Of a DNA stretch of 64,000 bases, positions 15,027-28,245 are shown one piece after another; within the stretch, counting starts at the first letter, position 1, and the number at the start of each line of letters is the position of its first letter. The stretch spans positions 18,786,001 to 18,850,000 of the forward strand of contig NC_043013.1 in NCBI RefSeq assembly GCF_006345805.1, read 5' to 3'. The translations under genes were made by a program, and so were the position numbers. Below the pieces are notes generated by a model. The model searched no databases. It was not told the origin of the DNA and was given only the letters and a program-made list of their open reading frames with translations. This DNA comes from Octopus sinensis. Lineage: Eukaryota.

Positions 15027-15638
15027 ACGGCATACGCGCACGACACAGGCACACAGTAATAACCAGAGAAGTTATTTCTGAAGATGTTTATGACTGAACA
15101 TTTAAGACGCTCACTTTGATACTGTGTTGCTTCCAAACCAAATTAACATATTTGGAAAACATTTCCCACCCTAGTCCCATTCATGAACCTCACCACAGAA
15201 TGAAAATTAGTAAACAGTCAAGTGCAGAAGATCAAAGTTATATATATTATATATATATAATAATAATATTAGGGAATAAATCTAAACTTACAGGGAAAAA
15301 TTAGATTTAGGATTAAATCCAATTTTATAGTATAAATATATTATATTATATTAAATTAGAGATAAAACCACTATTAGGCAAATCAAAAAGTGAAAAACAT
15401 AAGCCAATGCATAAAATTAATTTAAAAATATAAAAGTTAAAAATAAAAAATTATTTAAATAATTTAAACTTATAAATTTTATAAATATATACAAATATAT
15501 ATATATATATATATATTATTATATATATATATATATATATAGTATGTATGTATATTTTTATATTTATTATTATTTTATTAATTAATTAATTTTTTAATAT
15601 CAAAAGTATTAAAAGTTTAATAAAAGATAAAGAATATA

Positions 15639-16020
15639 CTAGCAGTATCGCCCGGCGTTGCTCGGGTTTGTTTCGACCCTTTAGAATTGGAATTTTTGAA
15701 AAGTAAAAATTTTGCATTATGTAGGTTATTTTCCTTTAAGTGAACATTTTTCTGGTTGAAATAGACCGAAAAATGGCGACACAGCAGTCAAAAAAATCGT
15801 AAAAAATAGTGATTTTCATAGAAAAAAGCAATTTTTGATGTAAATAATTCTTGGTGTTAACATGGGCCGATTTGAATTTTTTTCTTCTACGGAAGAAAGA
15901 GCAGGCCGTCTTCTATCATACTCTCAATTTTGGTCAACTTGCGCCGCAGGGTCTCGGAGGAGATAGTGTTAGTTGAAGGCTACCAAACCTACCACACACA
16001 CAGACAACTTAAGTTTTATA
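15639..16020 (-). mobile_element. Non-autonomous Helitron
   Basis: On the minus strand it ends with a GC-rich hairpin (CCCGAGCAACGCCGGG, 15651-15666) followed by CTAG|T, the classic Helitron 3' terminus. A second copy in opposite orientation lies at 26984-27359. Confidence 0.85.
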
Positions 16021-16041
16021 TATATATATATATATACACTT

Positions 16042-16340
16042 AAAGGATGCGGTGAATAAGCTGTCGTATAAATTACGCAAAAATGAAAATAACGCATCTC
16101 ATTTTAACAGATATATTTGCCAAAATTACACGAGAATAACTTGAAATACTAAAGAGTAGATTTACTCCATAAAATCGCCTTTGGCTTCAACTATGGCCTC
16201 TAAACGACTTCGGAATTCCTTGCAACGCTTCTGGGCGGTCTCCTTGTTTAAGTTGGTAAATGTTGCCAACATCTTTGTGTTTAGTTCATCTTTGGTGTTA
16301 CAAGGTGTTTTCTTGGTCTCGCTCAGCTGCGCCACACACA
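16042..16340 (-). mobile_element. Truncated second copy of the maT element (right end)
   Basis: Reverse complement of ~5870-6168, including the right TIR abutting (TA)n. Confidence 0.85.
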
Positions 16341-16842
16341 TCTACTGAAAAGGCTTTTGTCGGCTCGATGCTATAGTGAGTCTGAATCCGAAAGCAACTT
16401 TCTTACCCCACAGCCACGCCTGCGCCTATATATAAATATATATATATATGTTGTGTGGTCGTTAGTTATGGTCGGTCAAAAAATTACCATTGCCTTCACG
16501 TCTATTGTTGCTCTTACCAATATAGATGACATACCAGACCTGCTGGCTGTATGCTCAGAACTTTTTTACTAAAGAAGGTAAGAAGAAAGGTTTGGTAAGC
16601 AATGTTGGAAAAAATAAAAATGAACCCTGGAACGAAATTCTTCGACGCGAAAACCTTTTTCTGATCATTTCAGACACAATGAAATGCAAAGTCACTATAT
16701 TTCCATGAAGAAGTGTTTTGCTTCAAAAAGTTTCGTTTCAAGAGATTTTGCTCAGAACTTACCTCCATCAGTAAAGATGTTATGTGCCTCCAACCAGCAG
16801 GTCTTCTGTGTTGCCTATAGGCGATATTTTATATATATGTTA

Positions 16843-17155
16843 AGGCGCGTGGCTTAGTGGATAGGGTTTTCAGCTCGCGATTGTAAGGTTGTGAGTTCAA
16901 TTCCCGGCCACGTGTTGTGTCCTTGAGCAAGACACTATATTTCACTATATTTCACGTTGCTCCAGTTCGCTCAGCTGGCAAAATAGAGTAGTACATGTAT
17001 TTCAAAGGGCCAGTCTCTGTGTTACGCTGAATCCCTGTGAGGGCTACGTTAAGGATACACGTATCTGTTGCGTGCTCAGCCACATGCACGTTAATTTCAC
17101 AAGCAGGCTCTTCCGCTGATCAGATCAACTGGAAGCCTCGTCGACGTAACCGACA
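16843..17155 (+). mobile_element. tRNA-derived SINE (CORE-like body 1 plus tail X)
   Basis: Head ggcgcgtggcttagtgg...gagttcaattcccgg, body cttgagcaagacac...cacgttgctccagttc, tail gtatttcaaagggccag...cacgttaatttcac shared with 25395-25740. Confidence 0.8.
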
Positions 17156-17709
17156 TGTGGAGGCACCCGATTTAAGGGTGAGCGTGCTTATGTCACAATA
17201 TATGGATTTGCGTAATCTGGTATTACTCATAACAAAGCTCCTTAGTGTATCATTCTGCAAAACAAATGGAATAAATATTACTATACAAGTGTAAATGAGT
17301 TTTTGCATTTTGCATTAATGCTGGCGTGTAAGAAATTTATTTAGCATTAAATATAATAATATAAATTATTTACATGTTTTTAAGTTACGAAACAATTTGT
17401 CCTGATATTAGAATTTTCTTATTGTTAAATAAAATTTCATCAAAATGTTTCTCTGTCATTTATGACATTTATATAAATATATATATAGGTGTGTGTATTT
17501 GTGTGCGTGTGTATATGTGTGGATATTTGTGTCTGTTTTCATGTATTTGTAAGTCAAGTGATGTCATTTAGTGCATAAACCTAGTGTCATTTACTTACTA
17601 AAAAGAGATTACTTCTTATGTGGACTTACTTAAATAGATAACTGCAGTAATTTGATAGCGTAACAGATTAAGAGGACCAATATAATTTTGAAAAAAATTA
17701 ATAAATGTA

Positions 17710-18104
17710 GGGGTAGGAGCGGCTATGTAGTAAGTTACTTGCTTACGAACCACATGGTTCCGGGTTCAGGCCCACTGCGTGGCACCTTGGGCTCATGTCT
17801 TCTACTATAGACTTGGGCAGACCAAAGCCTTGTGAGTGGATTTGATAGACGGAAACTGAAAGAAGTCCGTCGTATATATGCATATATATGTAGGTATGTA
17901 TATATATGTTTGTGCGTCTGTATTTGCCCCCCCTCCAATATCGGCTTGACAACCGATGCTGGTGTGCTTATTGGCAAAAGAGACCGATAGTATAAGTACT
18001 AGGCTTTCAAAGAATAAGTCCTGGGGGGTCGATTTGCTCGACTAAAGGCGGTGCTCCAGCATGGCCACTGCCATATGGCTGAAACAAGTAAAAGAATAAA
18101 AGAG
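17710..18104 (+). mobile_element. tRNA-derived SINE, family B
   Basis: Same head, core and tail as 12211-12615. Partial copies also at ~20620-21470, 25018-25290, 40880-41150, 56200-56350, 57620-57830, 59740-59900. Confidence 0.85.
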
Positions 18105-19190
18105 TTGTGTAATGTAGTACCGCGGTCTGGCCGCAATCAATTGGCTGATAGTAATAAAGGGTAAATATGTGGGCGAATACAACCCCACCCACCACACACA
18201 CACAGACACAGACACACACACACACACACACACACACACCCATATACACATATATATCTATGTAAAACTTGCCTTGAGAGTTATTGTGAAGTCTTGTGTA
18301 CTTTTTAGGTTAACGAATAAGAGAACTCGGTACGTTTGTTGTCTTAAATTTATTGTTGCAACCATTTTAATATTTAATAATCCGTTGTGACCAGTGGTTT
18401 CCTCTGAGTCTGATTGACAATCATCGGATGAGTAAAGACTACAAACTGGATATCTTATTAGTTGGTAGTGGAGCTCATTTGGAGCTACTTTGGATGTACG
18501 TAGTTTAGGGGTAGGTAGAGGTGATATTTGCGAGCTTGTGTGAGTGTTGGACCTTCTAGTTTCATTTATTTTTTCTCTTATAGGTGTATATATTTCCATG
18601 TCTATGTACGTAGTGTCTAAATGTATGACATTAGAGAAATAGATTTTTCGCTATACTTATTAGACGCAACCCAACTTTAGCAGAGAATATTCAGAAAAAG
18701 TTGTTAACGCATTAAAACATGTAATATGGGCCTACCTTCGGATATAGGACCCTAGGTAAGTTTTTGAAAAAAGTGAGTCTTATATGTCACAAAAGACTAT
18801 AGGTTTAAATGCCTTGAGATTTTGGCACAAGATTTTGACGGGAGTGGAAAATCGATTACATGTACCCCGGTACTTGACTGGTACTTATTTCATAGCCCCG
18901 AAAAGGACGAAAGGCAAACCTGACCTCGAAGCAATTTGAAATCAGAACCTAAACGTTACTAAAATTTTGTCCGGCGTGGTGTCAGTTCTGCCACACTGCC
19001 CCCTTGCTGTGAGCTTAAATGACTATAAATTTTAATACACAGATGGTAATTATGTTGTTAGACTAGAAGCAAAATTATGAGAGATAAATAAAAATTTGAG
19101 CTAAACGAAATCTATAGATTCGAAGTCGTTTGGAGCCGTTCAGAGATAATTGGTGTAGCCTTATTGAGCCTGCGTGTGTGTGTGTGTGTT

Positions 19191-19238
<48 letters not shown>

Positions 19239-19350
19239 TGTGTGCGCGTGTGTATTTTGAATAGTTGATGTTTGTGCAGTAGAGTGCCTATGCGTGAGAG
19301 GATATAGAGGAATTTGAGTCAAAAAATACATACATGCATGCATACATGTA

Positions 19351-19393
<43 letters not shown>

Positions 19394-19508
19394 GTAGATA
19401 CACACGTAATCACACATACCACACACACTCGCATACACATATACGTATATATACGTATATATATGTATATATATATATATAATATATATATGTATATATA
19501 TAAATATG

Positions 19509-19553
<45 letters not shown>

Positions 19554-19568
19554 TAATATATATAATAT

Positions 19569-19611
<43 letters not shown>

Positions 19612-19693
19612 TATATAATATATATATATTATATATATATATATATATATTCCACCTGCCTTCGTCTTTTGTTTATTTTCATAAAGCTTCCCG

Positions 19694-19744
<51 letters not shown>

Positions 19745-20725
19745 CACACGCAATATGCAATTTTTAGACATATGTACTAATTACTCCTAAATATATAGAA
19801 AGGGATGTACGTATCTTGCAGCGTGTATATATACATTGTGTCTTATATAACACATTCCCTATGCTACAGAGGCACAAAATATTTATTACATTTGGGTAGA
19901 TATATATTGCTTGCACATATGCGCCTGTATATGTAGGCATAACGACTACCGTACGACCCACACTCACATACATATCCATACAATGCACATACACGGGTAA
20001 ATTTATACATAGACCTAACATAAATATAAATTAATATAGAAGTATTTCGCTATCACATGCAAAACTAATGTAACTAGAAACTCGCGTGCGGATGTAGATA
20101 AACAATTTGCACGCATGCGTAATGATAAACCTTGAGAGAGACGCAAATGTAAATTCGTGGCGACACCAAAGTTGAATGAAGATAAATCTTATTACAATAT
20201 CAATATCGCGTAGTCAGATTGAAGCGATAATAATCACCAGGTTCTAGTGATATAAATCATATTGTTTATATGATATCTAATGATTAGAAGATGTCTGTGT
20301 TACTGTTATCGTTGTGGTTGTGATTGTTGCTGTTGTTGTTGTTGTACAGCTACAGGTCAGCCATGATCGAAATGACATTTGATCAAAAGTCTTTCAACCG
20401 TTTTCTGTATACGTTATAGAACACAAGTTTTGCCTCGTTTATAAAACAACTCCCCCTCATATCACAATATAAGCGGGGAGATGCTTTAGTTATTTGTAGC
20501 TCGTCGGATGAAGTGGAAACTGCCAAGGACGCAGCCAACCAATACAGTAATTCTTAGCCTAAAAGAAATATCTTTCCGGAGTGGGCGAATTCACATGTTA
20601 TAAGCACATGCATAGCTGTCTGCTCAGAAAGCTTGCTTTGCAACCACGCGGTTTCGGGTTCAGTTCCACTGCCGAGGAATACCTTTTGAATAGATTTTGC
20701 AGAGATAAACTGTGTGGAAGCCCAC

Positions 20726-20780
<55 letters not shown>

Positions 20781-21114
20781 ATATATATATATATATATAT
20801 GAAAGAATGGAGTTGAACGACGAATTAACAAAATTCCTTTATTTTCGACATATGTTTCGAAGGCTGCATATTCCTAATTGCGAAGGAATTATCCATAACA
20901 AGATAATTCATTCAACTACTCAAATATTTATATATATATATATTTATAAGTGTGTGTGTGTATATACATATATATTGTTTTATTCTTTTCACTCATTTCA
21001 CTGCGGCCATGCTGGAGCACGACCATTCAGTCGAAGAAATCGATCTCAGGGTTTATTCTTTGTAAGACTATTACTTATTCTATCGGGTACTTTTGCCGAA
21101 CCGATAATTTACGG

Positions 21115-21145
<31 letters not shown>

Positions 21146-22654
21146 CCAATATCGATTGTTAAGTGGTGGTGGGTGTACGGAAACAGACAGAGAGACAGAC
21201 AGACACAGACTCACAGACACACAGACACACATGCACACACATACACACACACACACATATATATATATATGTGTGAGTGTATGTATGTTTTGTGTGTATT
21301 TGTCACCTCCACCACTTACTGAAACCGGTGTTGGTTTGTTTATGTCTCCGTGACTTGGCGCATCGGCTCCAGGCACTGATAAAATAAGTATTGAAGTCGT
21401 AATCTGCAACCGAAAACCTTTCAAAGCGGTCCCCAAAATGGCTGCAATCTAATGACTGAAAAAAAGAAAAAGATCAGTGACAATATTGTTTACTTCTCAT
21501 TCTCATTCTGTGAGAATTTTACTTAATAAACCTGCAATATTTTCGTCTTGTTTTCGGGTCCAGCAATCTCTGTTCCCACATCTTAGAGGATTTGGTGGAT
21601 AGCAAACGCTGAAAAAGACAAACATAGAGTGATGACATCAAGGACAGGAGCAATAATATATAGGCTAGAAATCCTCAGAGATCCATTTTAGCACTATGGT
21701 AGATAAACTTAAATAAAATATTTCTTGTGTTATATATTCATATAATAAGTAAGGCCACTGGCCTAACTTATTATATACACGTAAAATTTTTAGAATTATA
21801 AAAACAAAGAATAATCTTCCTTTCTACTAAAGATACAGGGCCTGAAATTTTGGTGGAGAGGACTCGTCGATTTCCTCAACATCAGTGTTTCACTGGTACT
21901 TAATTTATCGACATCAAAAGGATGAAAGACAATATCGGCCGGGGTGGAATTTGAACTCAGAACGTAAAGACGGATGAAATGCCACTAGCTATTTCGCCTG
22001 ATGCGCTAACAATTCTTCTGTCAGCTCACCGTCTTATTATTATCATCCTTGTTGCTTCTTGTCTTCCTGTCCAACCTCTCTCACACGATCTGCTGCGCTT
22101 TTTTAAGTACCCACGACGCTAAGATGTCTATTTAACGCCCCCAAAATGTGTAAGTTCGTTTCTGCTATTTCAAAACGCCTGAAATTTGGGGAAGGTGCTG
22201 GTTGATGCGACTCTGACTGAATTTGAACTCAGATTGTAAAGACGGACGAAATACCTTTAAGCATATGAATTTACTCGAATATATCAAAGAGTATTTGTTT
22301 ATAACGTAGAACAATTATTTATGTCGTCCTAGAAGTATCTGCATATATCAGGAGTACTTTCAGCAAATAGAATTATCTCCCTTCGCTAAATATATTTTCT
22401 TAATGATACACATTAATATCTTCCTTACTCTTTGATCTCTCTTCTATATGTAATGAATCTTCTTCGAAGATCAAAGCAAACTTGGGTTGTACTACAATTC
22501 ACTGACCAGACCCAGTAATTCTGAAACATGCTGGTCGCTAACAAACACCAACTACGAACTACTCAAATTCAATTTCTCGCGAAATTAATACTCAATTTAT
22601 TAAAATGATTTTCCACTTTATCTTAGAATTATTAACGATCACTTCTTTTTGTTA

Positions 22655-22998
22655 GGCGCAGGTGTGACTGTGTGGTAAGAAGCTTGCTTTCCAAGCACAT
22701 GGATCCGGGTTCAGTCTCACTGCGTGGCATCTTGTGCAAGTGTCTTCCACTATAGCCTCGGATCCAACACCGGTTGCCAAATGGTAGTGACGGACAAACC
22801 CAGCCACACGCACATAAATATATATATATTTGAAAACCGGTGTCGTTGTGTTCACATCCCCGTAACTTGGCAACAGAGACCGATAAAATAAGTACGAGGC
22901 TTTAAAAAATGTAATGGGGTCGATTCATTGAGCTAAAATTCTTAATGGCAGTGCTCCAGTATGGCCGCAATCTAATGACTGAAACAAATGAAAGAATA
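22655..22998 (+). mobile_element. tRNA-derived SINE, family B (internally deleted)
   Basis: ggcgcaggtgtgactgtgtggtaagaagcttgc... through gtgctccagtatggccgcaatctaatgactgaaac. Confidence 0.8.
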
Positions 22999-23505
22999 CA
23001 ATAAACAAATCTAGAAAACCCTGAACGAATTTATCTTAAAACAGTCAAAATTTACCAACCCTAAAAGGAACCGCTGAGCTATGAGATCGAACTTGGAACA
23101 ACGTTATTGGGAGAGAACTTATCAGATCCATACAGCTTAAGATGAAAGTGTATAGATCTCTGTGGCCGGCTAGTGGAACACGTTGAAGACATGAAGCTGT
23201 ATTAGAGAAGAATTATATCTGATATGAAGGGTTGTCTTCAATACAATATCGGTTTGGTTTATACATTTAATTAGACCCCCCTCTCACTCTCTCTCTCTCT
23301 CTCTCTCTCTCTCCCTTTGGACAGAGGAAGCAAAGGGAAGCGGTGGGTGAGAAAGATCCACTTTTAGTTACGCAGATATGGCAGTTGTATCATGTTATGT
23401 TATCTATATGCACAGGTAATTGTAGTTGTAGTAGTAGTAGCTGCAGGAGAGTAACTGAATTGGCGATGGTGATATTGCTATTGTATATATATATATGTAT
23501 ATATA

Positions 23506-23557
<52 letters not shown>

Positions 23558-23585
23558 CATATATATATATATGATATTGCTATTG

Positions 23586-23662
<77 letters not shown>

Positions 23663-23674
23663 ATATATATACGG

Positions 23675-23725
<51 letters not shown>

Positions 23726-23743
23726 TAACATATATATATATAT

Positions 23744-23776
<33 letters not shown>

Positions 23777-24329
23777 CACATGTATATGTATATATATATA
23801 TACATGTATATGCATAATATATATATATATATATACATACATATATACATATACATATATGCATATAAATACATATATATTGATATATTTATACATAAAC
23901 ACATACATACATACATACATACGTACATACATACATACACACACATATCTATATGCAGACATACACACACACACACACAAGGGCAGATGTACATATATCT
24001 ACAGTTGTATTCCATATTGCCGCTCACTGAACACAAACACAGAAGCTGTAGATATGACGTGTCCTGACGCTGTTGTTCGCAGATGTGTGGTATGGGATAA
24101 AGGGGAAGAGCGAGAAGTGAGTAACTCGACCATTGATTTCATTGGATCTGACAAGGTTACAGATGTAGCATTAGAGATACATATCATAACATGGCGTGAC
24201 CGGGTACGGTGGACTAGGATTATGGATGGGATGTAGGTATGTAGGTGGCTGTTTGTGAGGTGTTAGTCACTATGCATACATATATAGATCCAGACATACA
24301 TACATGAACGTACTCACATACATACACGC

Positions 24330-24423
<94 letters not shown>

Positions 24424-24645
24424 ATATTATATATATATATATATATAATAGAAAGATCAAATTACTAAGTCTCTCTAAAGGAGATTACGGCAGCGTTACT
24501 GGAAATTAATGGACGCAGGTTGTGTGTCAAATAGCTAGCTAGAGGCGGTGGCCTCTTGGAGCTAATCAGCGACAGCTTTAGTCTTTATTTATAAGACTGC
24601 CATATTTATAAGACTGCCATATTAGTAGGCGATAACTTTTAATAT

Positions 24646-24726
<81 letters not shown>

Positions 24727-25394
24727 TCACCATATAGATATCTGCGTGTATGTTAGCACGCCGGGCGAAATGCTTAGCGATATTTCGTCTGTCTTTACGT
24801 TCTGAGTTCAAATTCCGCCGAGGTCCACTTTGCTTTTCGTCCTTTCGGGGTCGATAAATTAAGTACCCGTTACGCACTGGAGGCGATGTAATCGACTTAA
24901 TCCGTTTGTCTGTCCTTGTTTGTCTCCTCTATGTTTAGCCCCTTGTGGGCAATAAAGAAATGATATATATATATATATATACATAGTTGAAACTTATAGA
25001 AAAACGAAAGAGGAAGACAGGTGTGTGGCTGTGTGGTAAGAAGTTTGCTGGGTTCAGTCCCACTTCGCGGCACCTTGGGAAAATTACTTCTAAAAGACTT
25101 GTGAGTGGATTTAGTAGGTGGAAACTGAAAGAAGCCCGTCGCGTGTTTGTGCGCGCGTGTGTGTTAATGTGTTTGTCCCCTATCACCGCTTGACAACCGG
25201 TGTTGGTGTGTTTGCGTCCCCCATAATTTAGTTGTACGGCAAAAAACGAGCAATATAATAGGTACTAGGCTTAGAAACATAACAAAAAAGCTCTGGGGTT
25301 TGTTGTATATATATATTGATATTGCGGAATTATGTTCTGTTCACACACTGCGAAGGTCAAGCGAGATCTGTGGGTCGACAAATATACCAGCAGT

Positions 25395-25740
25395 ACCCGC
25401 GGTCGTAAGATCGCGGTTTCGATTCCTAGACCGGGTGTTCTGAGTGTTTATTGAGCGAAAACACCTAAAGCCTCACGAGGCTCCGGCATGGATTGGTGGT
25501 GAAGCCTGCTGTACTCTTTCACTACAACTTTCACTCAATTTCTCTTCCCGTTTCTGTCACACCTGTGTTTCAAAGGGCCAGCCTTGTCACACTCTGTCAC
25601 GCTGAATCTCCCCAAAAACTATGTTAAGGGTATACGTGTTGTGGAGTTCTCAGCCACTAGCACGTTAATTTCACGAGCAGGCTCTTCCGTTGATCGGTTC
25701 GACTGGAACCATTGTCGTCGAAACAGACAGAGTGCCACGT
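25395..25740 (+). mobile_element. tRNA-derived SINE (body 2 plus tail X)
   Basis: Body ttgagcgaaaacacctaaagc...actctttcactacaactttc is shared with 51150-51350 and 62762-63010. The tail is shared with 16843-17155. Confidence 0.78.
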
Positions 25741-26983
25741 CTGTGTGTGTTTTTGTGTTTGTATGCGTGCGTGCATATGCAATCAGCGTTTATGGTGCAG
25801 ACGCTATTGACGTAACCACCTTGCCTCATTCTGCCCAATTGGCGAAACGAGAATGACACCTGTTAAAGAGCTGAAGATGGGATGTATATGCTTGATAAGT
25901 ACTGAAAATACCCCTGATATATGCAAATACATTTTGTGTGTTGTTGACTATGAAAGTTTTGCATCTTGTGTTCTCGTGATTTCTAAGTTATCTTTCATTA
26001 AAATTCTAGATCTTTTTTAGGGCGTTATTGGTTCCTGTGAGTGGATTTGGTAGGTGGAAACTGAAAGAAGCCCGTCGCGTGTTTGTGCGCGCGTGTGTGT
26101 TAATGTGTTTGTCCCCTATCACCGCTTGACAACCGGTGTTGGTGTATTTGCGTCCCCCATAATTTAGTGGTACAGCAAAAAACGAGCAATATAATAGGTA
26201 CTAGGCTATATATATATTGATGTTGCATAATTGTGTTCCGTTCAATTCTGGTAAACTTTTTACTTGTTTAAGGATTTATCGTTTGTGGGAGTTTTGTTTA
26301 ACACACACGCAGCACACACACACACACACACAATAGTGGACATAAATATATGACTTATACATGTGTCTATCTATTTATGCACTCATACACGCGAGCGCAA
26401 TATGTAGTAGTAGTAACAGACCGAATATTTTATATTTTAGTTTTCATAATTTTTTGAAAAGAAAAAAAGAAATGATTTATCATCAATACACTTAAAACTA
26501 TATTTGCGGACAGCTGAAAAATGTCAAGAGGTCAAATGTGTTTATTTAATGACCGCCATATTTTTTCTCCTCAAATCATTAAATAGGAAATGAATGAAGT
26601 TAAATGTCGAACAAAGGAAATATTGATTAGAACACAGCTATTAATGACATTAATTCTTAATGAATCCTCGACGAGAACTATTTTAGAGAGTTATTTCAGA
26701 ATATCGTGTTGACTGCGCCCATGGAAAGATTCCTATATCGGTTTCCTGTTGTTATTTAACCCCAAGTGGGAGATGATCGAGTAGAATTATGATCAAAACT
26801 GTTTCAACTCGTCAATTTCTTTTTCCATCTCGTCTTATTTTTCAGGTATAATGTGTCTAGATTTAAAACAGAATAACATGATATGGGAGAGGTTTCAGTG
26901 ATCCGTTATAGGACTATGTGAGATAAATTTTAGTAATAAAACCTTTCTTCCGGCATACATGTCGACATAGCATATGACGTAAA

Positions 26984-27359
26984 TCCTTTTATATATAAAG
27001 CTGAAGTTATCTGTGCATGGTAGGCTTGGCAGCCTTCAACTAACACTATCTCTTCCGAGACACTGCGGCGCAAGTTGACCACAATTGAGAGTATGATAGA
27101 AGAAGGCTTGCTCTTCCTTCCGTAGAAGTAAAAATTCAAATAGGTCCATGTTAACACCAAGAATTATTTACATTAAAAAGGTACTTTTTTTTCTATGAAA
27201 ATCCCTATTTTTTACGATTTTTTGACTGCTGTGTCGCCATTTTTCGGTGTATTTCAACCAGGAAAATGTTCACTTAAAGAGAATAACAAGCTACATAATG
27301 CAAAATTTTTACTTTTCAAAAATTCCAATTCTAAAGGTTCGAAGCAAATCCGAGCAACG
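26984..27359 (+). mobile_element. Non-autonomous Helitron, 3'-truncated copy
   Basis: Starts A|TC followed by ctttt atatataaag. It is the reverse complement of 15660-16020 and stops inside the terminal hairpin (ccgagcaacg) without CTAG. Confidence 0.82.
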
Positions 27360-28009
27360 ATATGTAATATAAGCAATCAAATATCGCCACTAGCTTTCCA
27401 AATTCCACTGAATTTCACATGGAATTTTTGGCCCTCCAAGTTCGTTTTGGTGTATATGTCGAACAACCATTTTTGGCACTAAATTTTGATCTGAAAAATT
27501 CGACTTGTATGAAGAATTCGACCCTGTCATGTGGTCATTTGACACATAGAATGTGGGATTGAACGACTTATCGTATTTGTTCAGGTTCTCTACGCTCTGA
27601 GTTCCAATTACACCGCAGTAAACTTTACCTTTTGTCATTTCAGAGTCTATCGCATCATAAGAAATGTTAATCCCCTCCACTTCCGCTTATTCTACCATTT
27701 TTTGGTACCCTCTTTTAATCCAATATTGACCAACGAGAATCATCTCTGGCCTCAGCTCTTTTGAGAATACTCAAACACAAGACAACAGAGGATCCTATAC
27801 CTGATCACTCGACTTGCTAGATATATAATAGATACAATGTAATAACAGTATAAATTACTTCATCTTTAACCTATTTTTTCGATTTTCCTATGAATCTTTT
27901 ATCGAAGGTTTTTCTTAACACCAACAAATTCTTGACTACAACATTCCCAAAATATCTGAGGTTTTGCAAGTTCAGTTCTTCAATAAGGCTCAATTCAATT
28001 ATTCGTGTA

Positions 28010-28245
28010 GGAGCGTGGCTTAGTGGTTAGGGTGTCAGCATCATGATCGTAAGATTGTGGTTTCGATACCTGGACCGGGCGACGCGTTGTGTTCTTGAGC
28101 AAACCACTTCATTTCACGTTACTCCAGTTCACTCACCTGGCAAAAATGAGTAACGCTGCGATGGACTGGTGACCCGTCCAGCTGGGGAACACATACGCCA
28201 TAGAAACCGGGTCCATGAGCCTGGCTAGGCTTTAAAAGGGCGCAT
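28010..28245 (+). mobile_element. tRNA-derived SINE (body 1 plus tail Y)
   Basis: gcgtggcttagtggttagggtg...ttcgatacctgg, cttgagcaaaccac...ctccagttcactca, tail gcgatggactgg...ggggaac...gaaaccggg...atgagcctggc. Confidence 0.78.

Noticed and set aside
24530-24575. Hairpin AGAGGC/GCCTCT with a CTGATTA box on the minus strand in a TA-flanked insert
   Set aside because: No GAAA box or stem III follows the stem, so it is not a hammerhead.
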